Position numbers and translations under genes: made by a program | Notes under the pieces: generated by a model | The model's database searches: none | The model's input: the letters and a program-made list of their open reading frames with translations, nothing else | What the model was told of the DNA's origin: nothing | Shown here: positions 1-10,178 of the stretch, in pieces | Numbering within the stretch: position 1 is the first letter of the stretch | Layout of the letters: each line of letters starts with the position of its first letter | Origin: an uncultured Microthrixaceae bacterium | Lineage (GTDB): Bacteria; Actinomycetota; Acidimicrobiia; Acidimicrobiales; Microtrichaceae | Length of the DNA stretch: 64,000 bases | NCBI GenBank assembly: GCA_964450685.1 | Contig: CAYVDN010000006.1 | Coordinates: forward strand, 3,532 to 67,531 | Reading direction: 5' to 3'

Positions 1-828
1 AGTGTCGATCAGCAGCGCACCGTCGCGAAGCTCGACCATCTGGCCGGCCGTCGTCGTGTGGCGACCGCGCCCGTCCGTGTCACGGACCTCGGCCGTCAGC
101 TGGACACGGCGACCGGCCAGCGAGTTGACCAGCGATGACTTGCCTGCCCCGGAGGCACCCAGCAGGGCAACGACATGGCCGGCGCCGAGCTCCTTCGCCA
201 GGACGTCCAGACCCCTGCCGCTCTTCATCGACACCACATGGACGCCGACTCCGGGGGCGTGTCCACGGGCGGCCGCCACCTGGTCCTCGACCGAGCTCTC
301 GGTGACCAGGTCCGCCTTGGTCAGCACGACGATCGGCAGAGCGCCGCTCTCCCAGGCGAGCACCAGTTCGCGTGCGAGTCGTGAGGTGTTGAGTCCGGGC
401 TCCAGGGGTTGGAGCACCAGGACGAGGTCCATGTTGGCGGCGACCGCCCTGGACTCCAGGTGGAGCTGGTCACGCGAGACACCCGGTGCACGCCGCTCGA
501 ACACCGTCGAGCGCGGAAGGATCAGCTCTATGCGTCCGGCGTCGGCATCGAGGCCGCAGAAGTCACCCACGACGACCCTGCGCACCGCCTTGGCGGCCAC
601 CACCAACCTCTCCTCGCCGGCGCCAGTGGCCACGGTGATACCACCCTTGTCGATGCGGACGACCCGACACGGGGCCAGCCCGACCCCAGGGCTCGCTTCG
701 ACCGCTGCAGTGGCGGCGCGCCATGCCGCCGCCCAGTCGTCGTTCCATCCGGGCAGCGCGGGTGCCGGCGACTTCGACGGAGCCGACCCGGGAGTCGGCG
801 GTTCGATGGGCGGTGGATCGGCGGGCAT
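1..828 (-). CDS. rsgA: Ribosome small-subunit-dependent GTPase A (RsgA), 3' end cut by window edge
   Basis: Absent from the ORF track because it runs off the left edge. My minus-strand translation from ATG 828 reads MPADPPPIEPP...LTKADLV...ELGAGHVVALLGASGAGKSSLVNSLAGR...GRGRHTTT. The order TKxD before the P-loop is the circularly permuted GTPase arrangement, and GRHTTT is an RsgA/YjeQ hallmark. Confidence 0.85.
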   Translation of the reverse strand, partial: MPADPPPIEPPTPGSAPSKSPAPALPGWNDDWAAAWRAATAAVEASPGVGLAPCRVVRIDKGGITVATGAGEERLVVAAKAVRRVVVGDFCGLDADAGRIELILPRSTVFERRAPGVSRDQLHLESRAVAANMDLVLVLQPLEPGLNTSRLARELVLAWESGALPIVVLTKADLVTESSVEDQVAAARGHAPGVGVHVVSMKSGRGLDVLAKELGAGHVVALLGASGAGKSSLVNSLAGRRVQLTAEVRDTDGRGRHTTTAGQMVELRDGALLIDT

Positions 829-871
829 GACGCGACAATGGTCGCGCAGTAGCGGCCACTAACCTGTCGAA

Positions 872-2359
872 GTGGCCGTCGAGCAGATGTTGTCTCTCGA
901 CAACTCGTTCGCCAGGGAGCTCCCCGAGCTGTGCATGTCGTGGCGGGCAGAGACGGCCCCTTCTCCGAGGCTGCTCGCCTTCGACGACGATCTCGCGTCG
1001 GAGCTCGGCCTGGATCCGGGCGCACTGCGAACACCTGCCGGGGTCGACCTGCTGGTGGGGAACTGCGTGGCGGAGGGGGCCGAACCGGTCGCCCAGGCGT
1101 ACGCGGGTCACCAGTTCGGTGGGTACTCGCCGCGCCTGGGTGACGGCAGGGCTCTGTTGCTGGGCGAGATCGTCGATTCCGAGCACCGCCGCTGGGACCT
1201 GCACCTGAAGGGATCGGGTCGCACGCCTTTCGCCCGCGGCGGCGACGGCCGCGCAGCGGTCGGCCCGATGCTGCGCGAGTACCTGATGGGTGTCGCGATG
1301 CACGCGCTCGGCGTGCCGACGACACGCGCCCTCGCCGTCGTGGCGACGGGTGCCGATGTGGCCCGCGACGAGATGCTCGCGGGCGCGGTGCTCGCAAGGG
1401 TGGCGGCCAGCCACATACGGGTCGGCACGTTCCAGTACGCGGTCGCGGCCGGTGGCACCGATCTGGTTCGCAGACTCGCCGACTACGTCATCGTCCGCCA
1501 CCATCCGTCCGTCGTCGGAGCGGAGAACTCCTACCTCGCCCTTCTGGAAGCGGTCGTCGAGGGTCAGGCCGCGCTCGTTGCTCGCTGGATGCAGATCGGT
1601 TTCATCCACGGGGTGATGAACACCGACAACATGGCCATCTCTGGTGAGACCATCGACTACGGGCCTTGCGCCTTCATGGACCGCTACGACCCGGCGACCG
1701 TGTACAGCTCGATCGACCACGCAGGGCGGTACGCGTTCGGTAACCAACCGACTATCGCTCTGTGGAACCTGGCCCGTTTCGCCGAGACCTTGCTCGAGTT
1801 GATCGACTCGGACTCCGACCGGGCGATCTCGGCGGCCACCGCGGTGCTCGAGAGCTTCGCCGGTAGGTACCGCCGGCACTGGGTCGACGGCATGTGCTCG
1901 AAGGTGGGCCTCGACGCGACACTCGGTGCCGGCGGTGACGAGGACGCTCGCCTGGTCGACGACCTTACCGGGCTGATGGCCGAGCAGCGGATCGACCACA
2001 TCCGTCTGATGCGTTCGCTGTCGACCGCCGTTCGTGGCGACCGGCGTCCATCCGCGGGGCTCTTCGACGATCCGAGCCGCTTCGAGAGTTGGTGCGACAG
2101 GTGGGACGCCAGGCGCGCCGCACTGGGAGCCGACCCTGACGAGACAGCGACGGAGATGGACCGGGTCAACCCGGCCCGGATACCCCGCAACCACCTGGTC
2201 GAGGACGCGCTGGGCGCCGCCACCGCGGGCGACATGGCACCGTTCGACCGGTTGGTCGAAGTCTTGCGGGAACCGTTCGTGTCCACTCCCGGTGCCGAGG
2301 TGTATGAGCTCGGCGCGCCCGACGGCTTCGGTCCGTACCGGACCTTCTGTGGGACCTGA
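872..2359 (+). CDS. selO: Protein adenylyltransferase SelO (YdiU family)
   Basis: 495-aa ORF with [40 protein letters not shown] and [25 protein letters not shown], characteristic SelO motifs. Confidence 0.9.
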   Translation: MAVEQMLSLDNSFARELPELCMSWRAETAPSPRLLAFDDDLASELGLDPGALRTPAGVDLLVGNCVAEGAEPVAQAYAGHQFGGYSPRLGDGRALLLGEIVDSEHRRWDLHLKGSGRTPFARGGDGRAAVGPMLREYLMGVAMHALGVPTTRALAVVATGADVARDEMLAGAVLARVAASHIRVGTFQYAVAAGGTDLVRRLADYVIVRHHPSVVGAENSYLALLEAVVEGQAALVARWMQIGFIHGVMNTDNMAISGETIDYGPCAFMDRYDPATVYSSIDHAGRYAFGNQPTIALWNLARFAETLLELIDSDSDRAISAATAVLESFAGRYRRHWVDGMCSKVGLDATLGAGGDEDARLVDDLTGLMAEQRIDHIRLMRSLSTAVRGDRRPSAGLFDDPSRFESWCDRWDARRAALGADPDETATEMDRVNPARIPRNHLVEDALGAATAGDMAPFDRLVEVLREPFVSTPGAEVYELGAPDGFGPYRTFCGT

Positions 2360-2383
2360 CCCGAGCCGGCATACACTGCGCGC

Positions 2384-3940
2384 ATGTCGATGCCCGACAC
2401 GCTGGCCGCCATCGACATAGGCACGAACTCGGTGCACATGCTCATAGCCCGGGTCGTCCCCAACGACCGCTTCGAGGTGGTCACCCGCCAGAAGGAGATG
2501 GTCCGACTCGGGTCGGGTAGAGGTGAGATGAAGCGCCTCGAGCCCGAGGCGATCGACCGCGGAGTGGCGGCGCTCGCAAGGTGCAGGTCGCTGGCGGAGT
2601 CCTTCGAAGCACCTGTGCACGCGGTAGCCACATCAGCGGTCCGCGAGGCGACCAATGCCGAGGAGTTCCTGCGGCGGGCCCGTGACGAGGCCGGTGTCGA
2701 GGTGCAGGTCATCTCGGGATACGAGGAGGCAAGGCTCATCCAGCTCGGAGTGTTGCAGGCCCTGCCTGTCTTCGACCGCAAGCTGGTGCTCATGGACGTG
2801 GGCGGTGGATCCACCGAGGTGCTGTTCGGCGAACGCGGAGTGCCCGACTACTCCCGGTCGCTCAAGGTCGGGTCGTTGCGAATGACGCGGCGGTTCTTCC
2901 CCGACGGAGTGGTTGAGCCCGGCGCGTTGCAGCGATGCCGGACATACGTGCGTGGAGTGCTGGCACCGATCGTGCACGACACAGCGAACCTCTCCCACAA
3001 GATGGCGGTCGCGTGTTCGGGGACGGCCGAGGCGCTGGCGGCGATGGTCCTGAGTCGTCGCGACGGGCCGGCACCCCAGTCGCTTAACGCTGCAACCATC
3101 ACTGCAGCTGAGCTGACTGCGGTGGTCGACGAGCTGGCATCCGCTCCCACGACCGAGGAGCGCCGCAAGCTGCCCGGTGTCGAGCCGTCCCGCGCCGACA
3201 TACTCGTGGGCGGCGGGGTGGTGCTCGAACAGGTCGCGCTGGCCGTGCGGGCGAAGGAGCTGACCATCTCGGAGTACGCCCTTCGCGAAGGCGTCCTGCT
3301 CGATGCGCTGCACCGTCGTCGGGGCGGAACCCTCCACCACCTTTCCGACCTTCGTCGCGCATCTGTGTTCCACCTGATGGAGCTCTGCGACGACGACCCG
3401 GACCACTCGCTCCAAGTGGCTCGGCTTGCGTTGCAACTGCACGACGCCCTCGGTGAGCGGCTGGGGTTGGACGATGAGGACCGGGAGTTGCTCGAGGCTG
3501 CGGCGTTGCTGTGCAACGTCGGGCTCTTCGTCTCGCACTCCGGGCACCACAAGCACAGCTACTACGTCATCCGGAACTCGCAGCACCTGATGGGGTTCAC
3601 CGACCAGGAGATCGAGCTGATCGCCCAGATCGCCCGCTATCACCGCAAGAGCCAGCCATCGGAGCAGAAGCACCCCGAGTTCGCGGCGCTCGATGACGCC
3701 GACCGTGCCCGGGTGCGTGCGATGGCAGCCTTGTTGAGAGTCGCCATAGGCCTGGACCGCAACCACGACGGCGCGGTCGATCACGTAGTGGTGCGGATCT
3801 CCGATGACGGCGTCGACCTGGAGCCGGTCGCCCACGACGAGGGTGGCGACCTGTCGTTGGAGTGCTACTCGGCCGACGCCCGATCCGGATTGCTGGCCAG
3901 CGGTCTGGGACGACCGGTGCGCGTGTGTAGCCCGGTCTGA
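2384..3940 (+). CDS. ppx: Ppx/GppA family phosphatase with C-terminal HD domain
   Basis: 518-aa ORF. The N-terminus AAIDIGTNSVHMLIA is an actin-like ATPase fold start, followed by GYEEARL. The C-terminal HD-type region is VSHSGHHKHSYYVI. Confidence 0.85.
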   Translation: MSMPDTLAAIDIGTNSVHMLIARVVPNDRFEVVTRQKEMVRLGSGRGEMKRLEPEAIDRGVAALARCRSLAESFEAPVHAVATSAVREATNAEEFLRRARDEAGVEVQVISGYEEARLIQLGVLQALPVFDRKLVLMDVGGGSTEVLFGERGVPDYSRSLKVGSLRMTRRFFPDGVVEPGALQRCRTYVRGVLAPIVHDTANLSHKMAVACSGTAEALAAMVLSRRDGPAPQSLNAATITAAELTAVVDELASAPTTEERRKLPGVEPSRADILVGGGVVLEQVALAVRAKELTISEYALREGVLLDALHRRRGGTLHHLSDLRRASVFHLMELCDDDPDHSLQVARLALQLHDALGERLGLDDEDRELLEAAALLCNVGLFVSHSGHHKHSYYVIRNSQHLMGFTDQEIELIAQIARYHRKSQPSEQKHPEFAALDDADRARVRAMAALLRVAIGLDRNHDGAVDHVVVRISDDGVDLEPVAHDEGGDLSLECYSADARSGLLASGLGRPVRVCSPV

Positions 3941-3955
3941 TGTCGACGCGTCGGA

Positions 3956-4342
3956 TCAGGCGTTGCCCGGCTGCTGGTCGGCGATTCGTTCCAGCAGGGC
4001 GACCATCTTCTCCTCGTTGGACAGCTCTACGTCAGCCTCGTTGCCGCGTTCACGGCGTTCGCGTAGGGCGTTGAACGGGGCGACGACGAAGAAGTAGAGC
4101 GCCGCGGCGGTCAGCAGGAAGGTGATCGCCGCGTTGACGAAGGCACCCCAGTCGAACACGACATCGTTGATCCTGAACGTTCCCGCAACCTTGCCGCCCC
4201 CGCCGATCAGGCGGATCAGTGGCTCGATGAACGACTTGGTCAGCTGGGTGATCAGCGCGTTGAACGCGGCACCGATGACGACACCGACCGCAAGGTCGAT
4301 GACGTTGCCGCGCATGATGAACTCCTTGAACCCCTTGACCAT
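3956..4342 (-). CDS. mscL: Large-conductance mechanosensitive channel
   Basis: 128-aa ORF starting MVKGFKEFIMRGNVIDLAVGVVIGAAF, a textbook MscL N-terminus and TM1. Confidence 0.95.
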   Translation of the reverse strand: MVKGFKEFIMRGNVIDLAVGVVIGAAFNALITQLTKSFIEPLIRLIGGGGKVAGTFRINDVVFDWGAFVNAAITFLLTAAALYFFVVAPFNALRERRERGNEADVELSNEEKMVALLERIADQQPGNA

Positions 4343-4399
4343 CGTCTGTCACTCCTTCGTCTGCCGACGCCTCGGACCGTAGTCCACGGCATCGGCCGC

Positions 4400-6052
4400 T
4401 CAGCGTTCGGAGACGAGGCCGTCGAGCACGTCGAGGCGGCGATCCGTCCTCATCGCCTCGAGCAGGCGCCGATCGTGGCTCACCAGCAGCAGGGTGCCGT
4501 CGAACACGTCGAGGGCTGATTCGAGCTGCTCGATCGCCGGAAGGTCGAGGTGATTGGTCGGTTCATCGAGGACGAGGAGGTTGGTGCCCCGGGCCTGCAG
4601 GAGCGCGAGAGCGGCCCTGGTGCGCTCTCCCGGTGACAGTCGAGAGGTCCGCTGTGATGCTGCCTCACCACCAAGTCCGAACTTGGCCAGCAGGGTGCGA
4701 GTCTCGGAGATGCTCGGCATGGGATCTCCTCCGGCCGAGACGTTCTCGAGGAACGCGTCGACGAGCGACCGATCGTCATCGAAGGCTGCCCGTGCCTGAT
4801 CTACCCGGCCGACTCGCACCGACGCCCCGAGCGTGACCCTGCCCTCATCCGCTGCCAGCCCACCGGTCAGCAGGCCGAGAAGCGTCGATTTGCCCGACCC
4901 GTTGGGCCCGGTGATGGCGATTCTGTCACCGCGGTCGACCTGCAACGTGATGGGGCCGAGCGTGAAGGCGCCGCGCCTGACCACCGCACCGGCGGTCGAT
5001 GCGACCACCTGTCCCGACGGCGGTGCGCCCGCGATCGAGAAGCGCAGCTCCCATTCCTTGCGTGGCTCCTGCACTACTTCCAGCCGCTCGATCGCCTTCT
5101 CCGTGCGACGTGCCTTGGAAGCAAGTTGTTCCGAGGTGGCGACCCTGTGGTTGCGGATGAACTTGTCGCGCTCCGACATGTCCCGGCGCGCAGCGCGCAC
5201 ACCCTTCTCCGCCCAGGCGTGCTGGGTCCGTGCTCGCTCACTCAACGTGGCCACGGTCTCCGCGTAGTCGTCGTAGCGCTCGCGTGCTTCACGCCGGGCA
5301 CGTTCACGCTCGACGAGGTATGCCTCGTAGCCGCCGCCATAGAGCCGCCAGCTGTCCTGGTGGCGGTCGAGTTCCAGGACCTGTGTCGCCGTGCGGGCCA
5401 GGAACTCACGATCGTGGCTGACCACCACGATGCCTGCGTCTGCCTGGTCGACGAACCGTTCCAGGCGATCGAGTCCGGCAAGGTCCAGGTCGTTCGTGGG
5501 TTCGTCGAGCAGCAGCACGTCGAACCGGCTGAGCAGCAGAGCCACTAGCGCGGCGCGGGCCGCCTGCCCACCCGACAGCGTCGTCATCTGCTGATCGACC
5601 TCGACGTCGAGCCCGACGTCGACCATCGCCTGGCCGATGCGGGACTCCAGATCCGCTCCGCCCAAGGCCAGCCACCGCTCCAGCGCCGCCGAGTAGCGAC
5701 AGTCGGCCCCGCTTGCGCCATCGGCGAGGTCAGCAGTGGCAGAGTCCAAGTCCGCTGCAGCGCTGGTCACACCGGTGCGACGCTCCAGATAGGCGGCGAC
5801 AGTCTCCCCGTCGAGTCTTTCCGGCTCCTGGGGGAGCAGCCCAACTGTCGAGTCCGACGGTTGGATGCTCACCTCGCCTGCAGCAGGACGGTCGAGCCCC
5901 GCCAGGATTCGCAGCAACGTCGACTTGCCGGCGCCGTTGGCACCGACGAGGCCGGTCACCGAGCCGGGCGCAACAACCAGCTCCACCCCGCTGAACACGG
6001 TCCGTGGACCGAACTCGGCCGTGAGGCCCCGCGCCACGAGCTGTGCGGACAT
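4400..6052 (-). CDS. ABC-F family ATPase (two NBDs, no membrane domain)
   Basis: 550 aa with two Walker A motifs (GANGAGKSTLL, GPNGSGKSTLL) and two signature motifs (LSGGQAARAAL, LSPGERTRAAL). A charged linker lies between them and no TM segments are present. Confidence 0.85.
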   Translation of the reverse strand: MSAQLVARGLTAEFGPRTVFSGVELVVAPGSVTGLVGANGAGKSTLLRILAGLDRPAAGEVSIQPSDSTVGLLPQEPERLDGETVAAYLERRTGVTSAAADLDSATADLADGASGADCRYSAALERWLALGGADLESRIGQAMVDVGLDVEVDQQMTTLSGGQAARAALVALLLSRFDVLLLDEPTNDLDLAGLDRLERFVDQADAGIVVVSHDREFLARTATQVLELDRHQDSWRLYGGGYEAYLVERERARREARERYDDYAETVATLSERARTQHAWAEKGVRAARRDMSERDKFIRNHRVATSEQLASKARRTEKAIERLEVVQEPRKEWELRFSIAGAPPSGQVVASTAGAVVRRGAFTLGPITLQVDRGDRIAITGPNGSGKSTLLGLLTGGLAADEGRVTLGASVRVGRVDQARAAFDDDRSLVDAFLENVSAGGDPMPSISETRTLLAKFGLGGEAASQRTSRLSPGERTRAALALLQARGTNLLVLDEPTNHLDLPAIEQLESALDVFDGTLLLVSHDRRLLEAMRTDRRLDVLDGLVSER

Positions 6053-6164
6053 GGGCTGTGATCGTAAAGCGTCGTCGTGGGGTGGCCAACGGGGTTTACG
6101 TCGCCGTTACGGAGGAGGCGAAGTCGATTGACCGACTGGTCAAGTCGCTCTGTAACCTCGTGCG

Positions 6165-7109
6165 ATGACCACGACCTCAGCCCCCGTCGCAGGGGAGCGA
6201 TTCGAGTCCGTAGCCAGCCTCCGTGAACAACTCCGGGGTGTCGACTACCTCTCCGACGAGGGCATCGCCGGCATCGTCTACCTGGCCGACCGTCTGGGCA
6301 AGCCGATCCTGGTCGAGGGCCCGGCCGGCACCGGCAAGACCCAGCTGGCCAAGTCCGTCGCCGAGATCTCCGGGGCCCGGCTCATCCGCCTCCAGTGCTA
6401 CGAGGGCCTCGACGAGTCCAAGGCGCTCTACGAGTGGAACTACAAGAAGCAGCTCCTGCGCATCCAGGCGTCGCGGGGCGAGGGCGAGACCGCCGGCTGG
6501 GACCAGATCGAGGAGGACATCTTCTCCGACGACTTCCTCCTCACCCGTCCGCTGCTCGAGGCGATCCGCGCCGAGGACCCCGTCGTGCTGCTGATCGACG
6601 AGGTCGACCGCGTCGAGGTCGAGACCGAGGCGCTGCTGCTCGAGATCCTCTCCGACTACCAGGTGTCCATTCCCGAGCTGGGCACCCTCACTGCCCGCCA
6701 GATCCCAATGGTGTTCCTGACTTCGAACAACACCCGTGAGCTGTCCGAAGCGCTCAAGCGTCGGTGCCTCTACCTGCACGTCGACTACCCCGAGATGGAC
6801 CGTGAGAAGGAGATCGTGCTCACGAAGGTTCCAGGGCTCAGCGAGTCCCTCGCCGATCAGATCGCCCGCGTCGTGCGTTCGATCCGACAGCTGGAGCTGA
6901 AGAAGTCGCCGTCGGTGTCCGAGACGCTCGACTGGGCTCGCACGCTCGTCCTGTTGGGGGTCGAGCAGATCGACTCGGAGACCGCCCGCAACACCGTCAA
7001 CATCCTGTTGAAGTACCAGAGCGACATCGCCAAGGTCGTCAAGGAGTTGGCGGCCGAGGAGAAGGCTTTCAACCCCGGTAACGGGATACTGACGTCCAAG
7101 GACGCCTGA
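6165..7109 (+). CDS. MoxR-family AAA+ ATPase (CoxD-like)
   Basis: 314 aa with Walker A GPAGTGKTQLAKS and Walker B VLLIDEVDR. Also has LQCYEGLDESKALYEWNY, typical of the MoxR/CoxD subgroup. Confidence 0.85.
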   Translation: MTTTSAPVAGERFESVASLREQLRGVDYLSDEGIAGIVYLADRLGKPILVEGPAGTGKTQLAKSVAEISGARLIRLQCYEGLDESKALYEWNYKKQLLRIQASRGEGETAGWDQIEEDIFSDDFLLTRPLLEAIRAEDPVVLLIDEVDRVEVETEALLLEILSDYQVSIPELGTLTARQIPMVFLTSNNTRELSEALKRRCLYLHVDYPEMDREKEIVLTKVPGLSESLADQIARVVRSIRQLELKKSPSVSETLDWARTLVLLGVEQIDSETARNTVNILLKYQSDIAKVVKELAAEEKAFNPGNGILTSKDA

Positions 7110-7119
7110 GCCGGCGGCC

Positions 7120-8655
7120 ATGAGCACCACCGACGGCCCGCCACCCACGCAATCGACTGTCCCGGCGGATGTCCTGACAGCGGACGAGATCGCCCAGGTG
7201 GGCCAGCCCCTGGTCGACCTGCTGGCCGGCTTCATCGTCGAGCTGCGTCGCGCCGGGCTGCCGGTGAGCCTCACCGAGAACCTCGACGCCATGCAGGCGG
7301 TGCGTCACATACCCCTCGACGATCGAGAGGCGTTCAAGTACGCGCTGGCGGCCACCCTGGTCAAGAACCACGCTCACTGGCGGGCGTTCGAGACCGTGTT
7401 CGAGGTCTACTTCTCGATGCGCGGAGCGCAGTGGTCCATGGATCCCGACGCCGTCGACCTGGTCCTACCCGAGGACGAGGAGCTCCCCGAGGCCCCCGAG
7501 GGAACCGGGGACGCAGCGGGCCAGGCGGGGTCGGGAGCCGGCGACGGCATGACCCCCGAGGAGCTCGCCGAGATGCTCTACCGGTCGCTCCAGAAGGGCG
7601 ACCAGGCGATGATGCGCGCCATGGCCCGCCAGGCCGTCAAGCGCTTCGCTGGCATGGAGCCCGGGCGACCGGTGGGTGGTACCTACTACCTGTACCGGAC
7701 GCTGCGGAACCTGGACCTCGACGGTCTGCTCGAACGGCTGATGGAGTCCGCTCACGACGAGGCACCGGAGCCGCTGACATCGCTCGAAGAGCGGTTGGAG
7801 CGCGACGAGTTCGAGCATCGGATCGAGGAGTTCCGCAAGGAGGTCGAGGCCGAGATCCGCCGTCGCCTAGTCGCCGACCGCGGCGTCGAGGCGATGTCCA
7901 AGACGCTGCGCAAACCGCTGCCCGAGGACATCGACTTCATGCACGCCAGCCGCGACGAGATGGCCGCGTTGCGCAAGGCGCTCCAGCCGCTCACCCGGCG
8001 TCTGGCGGTGCGACTCGCCCGCAAGCGCCGACACGGTCGCAAAGGCGCGCTCGACTTCCGCAACACCGTGCGCCACTCACTCAGCTACGGCGGGGTGCCT
8101 GCGGAGCCCAAGTTCAAGTACCCGCGCCCGGCGAAGCCCGAGATCTTCGTGATCGCTGACATCTCCGGGTCGGTCGCCGCCTTCGCCCGCTTCACCCTGC
8201 ATCTCGTGTATGCGATATCGGGGCAGTTCTCGAAGGTGCGCAGCTTCGTTTTCATCGACGGCATCGACGAGGTCACGCGGTTCTTCGAAGGGACCGAGGA
8301 CATCGTCGAGGCGATCCACCGTGTCAACAGCGAGGCCGACGTCGTGTGGGTGGACGGTCACTCCGACTACGGCCACGCGTTCGAGGTCTTCTGGCAGCGC
8401 TACGGACGAGAGGTGGGGCCACGAACAACCGTGATGATCCTCGGTGACGCGCGGAACAACTACCACGCGTCGAACAGTTGGGTGGTCAAGGAGATTCGCG
8501 CGAAAGCGCGCCACGTCTACTGGCTCAACCCCGAGCCGCGGGCGTACTGGGACACGGGCGACTCGATAGTGGGGGAGTACGCGACACACTGCGATGGCGC
8601 GTTCGAGTGCCGCAACCTCCGCCAGCTCGAGCGGTTCGTCGACCATCTCGTCTGA
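7120..8655 (+). CDS. VWA domain protein, CoxE-like partner of the MoxR ATPase
   Basis: 511 aa, starting 10 nt after the MoxR gene. The C-terminal half has a MIDAS-like FVIADISGSV motif and ILGDARNN. The N-terminal half is acidic low-complexity sequence. Confidence 0.7.
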   Translation: MSTTDGPPPTQSTVPADVLTADEIAQVGQPLVDLLAGFIVELRRAGLPVSLTENLDAMQAVRHIPLDDREAFKYALAATLVKNHAHWRAFETVFEVYFSMRGAQWSMDPDAVDLVLPEDEELPEAPEGTGDAAGQAGSGAGDGMTPEELAEMLYRSLQKGDQAMMRAMARQAVKRFAGMEPGRPVGGTYYLYRTLRNLDLDGLLERLMESAHDEAPEPLTSLEERLERDEFEHRIEEFRKEVEAEIRRRLVADRGVEAMSKTLRKPLPEDIDFMHASRDEMAALRKALQPLTRRLAVRLARKRRHGRKGALDFRNTVRHSLSYGGVPAEPKFKYPRPAKPEIFVIADISGSVAAFARFTLHLVYAISGQFSKVRSFVFIDGIDEVTRFFEGTEDIVEAIHRVNSEADVVWVDGHSDYGHAFEVFWQRYGREVGPRTTVMILGDARNNYHASNSWVVKEIRAKARHVYWLNPEPRAYWDTGDSIVGEYATHCDGAFECRNLRQLERFVDHLV

Positions 8656-8718
8656 GCCCCCACCGCTCGGCAGCATCACATTGTCAACCCGACGTGATCG
8701 CCTGCCGATGACGTTTTC

Positions 8719-10152
8719 GTGGAGCAGGTGACGATCTCGACCGGGGCCGATCAGTGGACACTCGCGGGCTTCGCCGCCCGCGAGTGTCCCGACTTGGTGG
8801 CCGTCGTCGATCCGTGCGGAGTGGTGCGCTGGGTCAACGACGCCACGCAGCGGATCTTCGGCGTCGACCCTGGGGAAGCACTGGGTCACGCCATCTGGGA
8901 TTTCGTGCACCCCGAGGACCTGGTGGCCGCGGCAGGTGCGGTGTCCGAGGCGAGCAGGACCACCGGATACCACCAGCCGACCCTTTTCCGAGTGGCGATC
9001 GACGACAGCGGGTGGATCGAGTGCGAGGTCAACGGCTCGACGATCGAGCGCGACGACGGCCCGTGGCTCGTACTGGCCGTGCGTCCCACCGGCGACCGCG
9101 AGGAGCTGTCGGGGCGGCGGCGTCGGATCGAGCAGCTGATCCGCATGGCGTCCCTCGAGTGCTCGTCGGTGCCGTGGGCCGAGGTGGACGCCCTCGTTGA
9201 ACGCTACCTGCAGGAGCTGGCGGCGGTCGTGGGTGCCGAGCTCGTCGAGCTTGCATGGCAGGAGCCGGATCAGCCGCTGCAGATCGGGGCCCGCTGGCCG
9301 GTCGTGCGCACCGGTCCCGCAGTGAGGCACTCGGCCGAGCCTTTCGTCGCTCTGTGGCCCCTGGAGGAGACCGCAGTCGGTCTGCTCCAGTTCACGAGCG
9401 ACCTAGGTTCGCTCGACCCGACCTCGGCACGGGACCGGTTCGTCTCACTCGGCAGCCGAGCGGTGGTCGAGGTCCCGCTGTCGCCGGGAGCCCCGTGGTC
9501 GGTCCTGCGCTGCGCGTTCGGATCCCATTGGCAGCGGTGGGACGATGCGAACGTCGACCTCGTGGTGGTCCTGGCGTCAACTCTGATTGCGACGCTGCGG
9601 CGGTGCCAGGCCGAGGAGCACCTGCACGAGCAGGCCAGGACCGACGCGTTGACCGGCCTGATCAACCGGGCCGAGCTGTATCGCCGGTTCGGTGAGCTGC
9701 TCGCCAGGTACGAGCGTGCTGCCGAGCGGAGCTCAGATCCGCTCGGAATGGGTGTCCTCTACTGCGATCTCGACCACTTCAAGGACGTCAACGACCGCCT
9801 CGGTCACGCCGCCGGCGACAGGCTGCTGGTCGAGGTGGCCGACGCGCTGCGGGCCAACACCCGCGACGGGGACCTGATAGCCCGTGTCGGGGGTGACGAG
9901 TTCATCCTTGTCTGCCCCGATCTCGAGTCGCCCGAGATCCTCTCGCTGGTGATAGCCCGTCTGACTCACGCGGTGGACGCGTTGGCGCCCGGAGAGATCC
10001 CGCTCCGCCTCAGCGTCGGCACCGCGTTGGCCCGCCCCGGGCTGGGAGCGGACGAGATGATCCGGCTCGCCGACGAACGCATGTACCGCGCGAAGCGGGA
10101 GCGGCGTCGCAGCGGCGGTGTGGGCCGCGCAGCTGACGCATACATCTCCTGA
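8719..10152 (+). CDS. PAS/GAF-like sensor diguanylate cyclase (GGDEF)
   Basis: 477 aa. The N-terminal part is PAS-like (VAVVDPCGVVRWVNDATQRIFG). The C-terminal part reads DALTGLINRAEL...YCDLDHFKDVNDRLGHAAGD...RDGDLIARVGGDEFILV. This gives an intact GGDEF motif and an RxxD I-site five residues upstream. Confidence 0.85.
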   Translation: MEQVTISTGADQWTLAGFAARECPDLVAVVDPCGVVRWVNDATQRIFGVDPGEALGHAIWDFVHPEDLVAAAGAVSEASRTTGYHQPTLFRVAIDDSGWIECEVNGSTIERDDGPWLVLAVRPTGDREELSGRRRRIEQLIRMASLECSSVPWAEVDALVERYLQELAAVVGAELVELAWQEPDQPLQIGARWPVVRTGPAVRHSAEPFVALWPLEETAVGLLQFTSDLGSLDPTSARDRFVSLGSRAVVEVPLSPGAPWSVLRCAFGSHWQRWDDANVDLVVVLASTLIATLRRCQAEEHLHEQARTDALTGLINRAELYRRFGELLARYERAAERSSDPLGMGVLYCDLDHFKDVNDRLGHAAGDRLLVEVADALRANTRDGDLIARVGGDEFILVCPDLESPEILSLVIARLTHAVDALAPGEIPLRLSVGTALARPGLGADEMIRLADERMYRAKRERRRSGGVGRAADAYIS

Positions 10153-10178
10153 GCGGCCTGCGGCCTCGTCGAAGTCGC

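Noticed and set aside
563-2620. 685-aa minus-strand ORF spanning the rsgA/selO region
   Set aside because: It is antisense to the clearly recognisable selO gene and reads in the wrong frame through rsgA. The Arg/Gly/His-rich composition is typical of high-GC shadow ORFs.
6165-8655. MoxR-VWA pair as an NTP-dependent conflict/defence system (ternary MoxR-vWA-VMAP type)
   Set aside because: There is no third VMAP-like or effector gene (caspase, TIR, nuclease, etc.) adjacent. The architecture matches the common CoxD/CoxE-like housekeeping pair.
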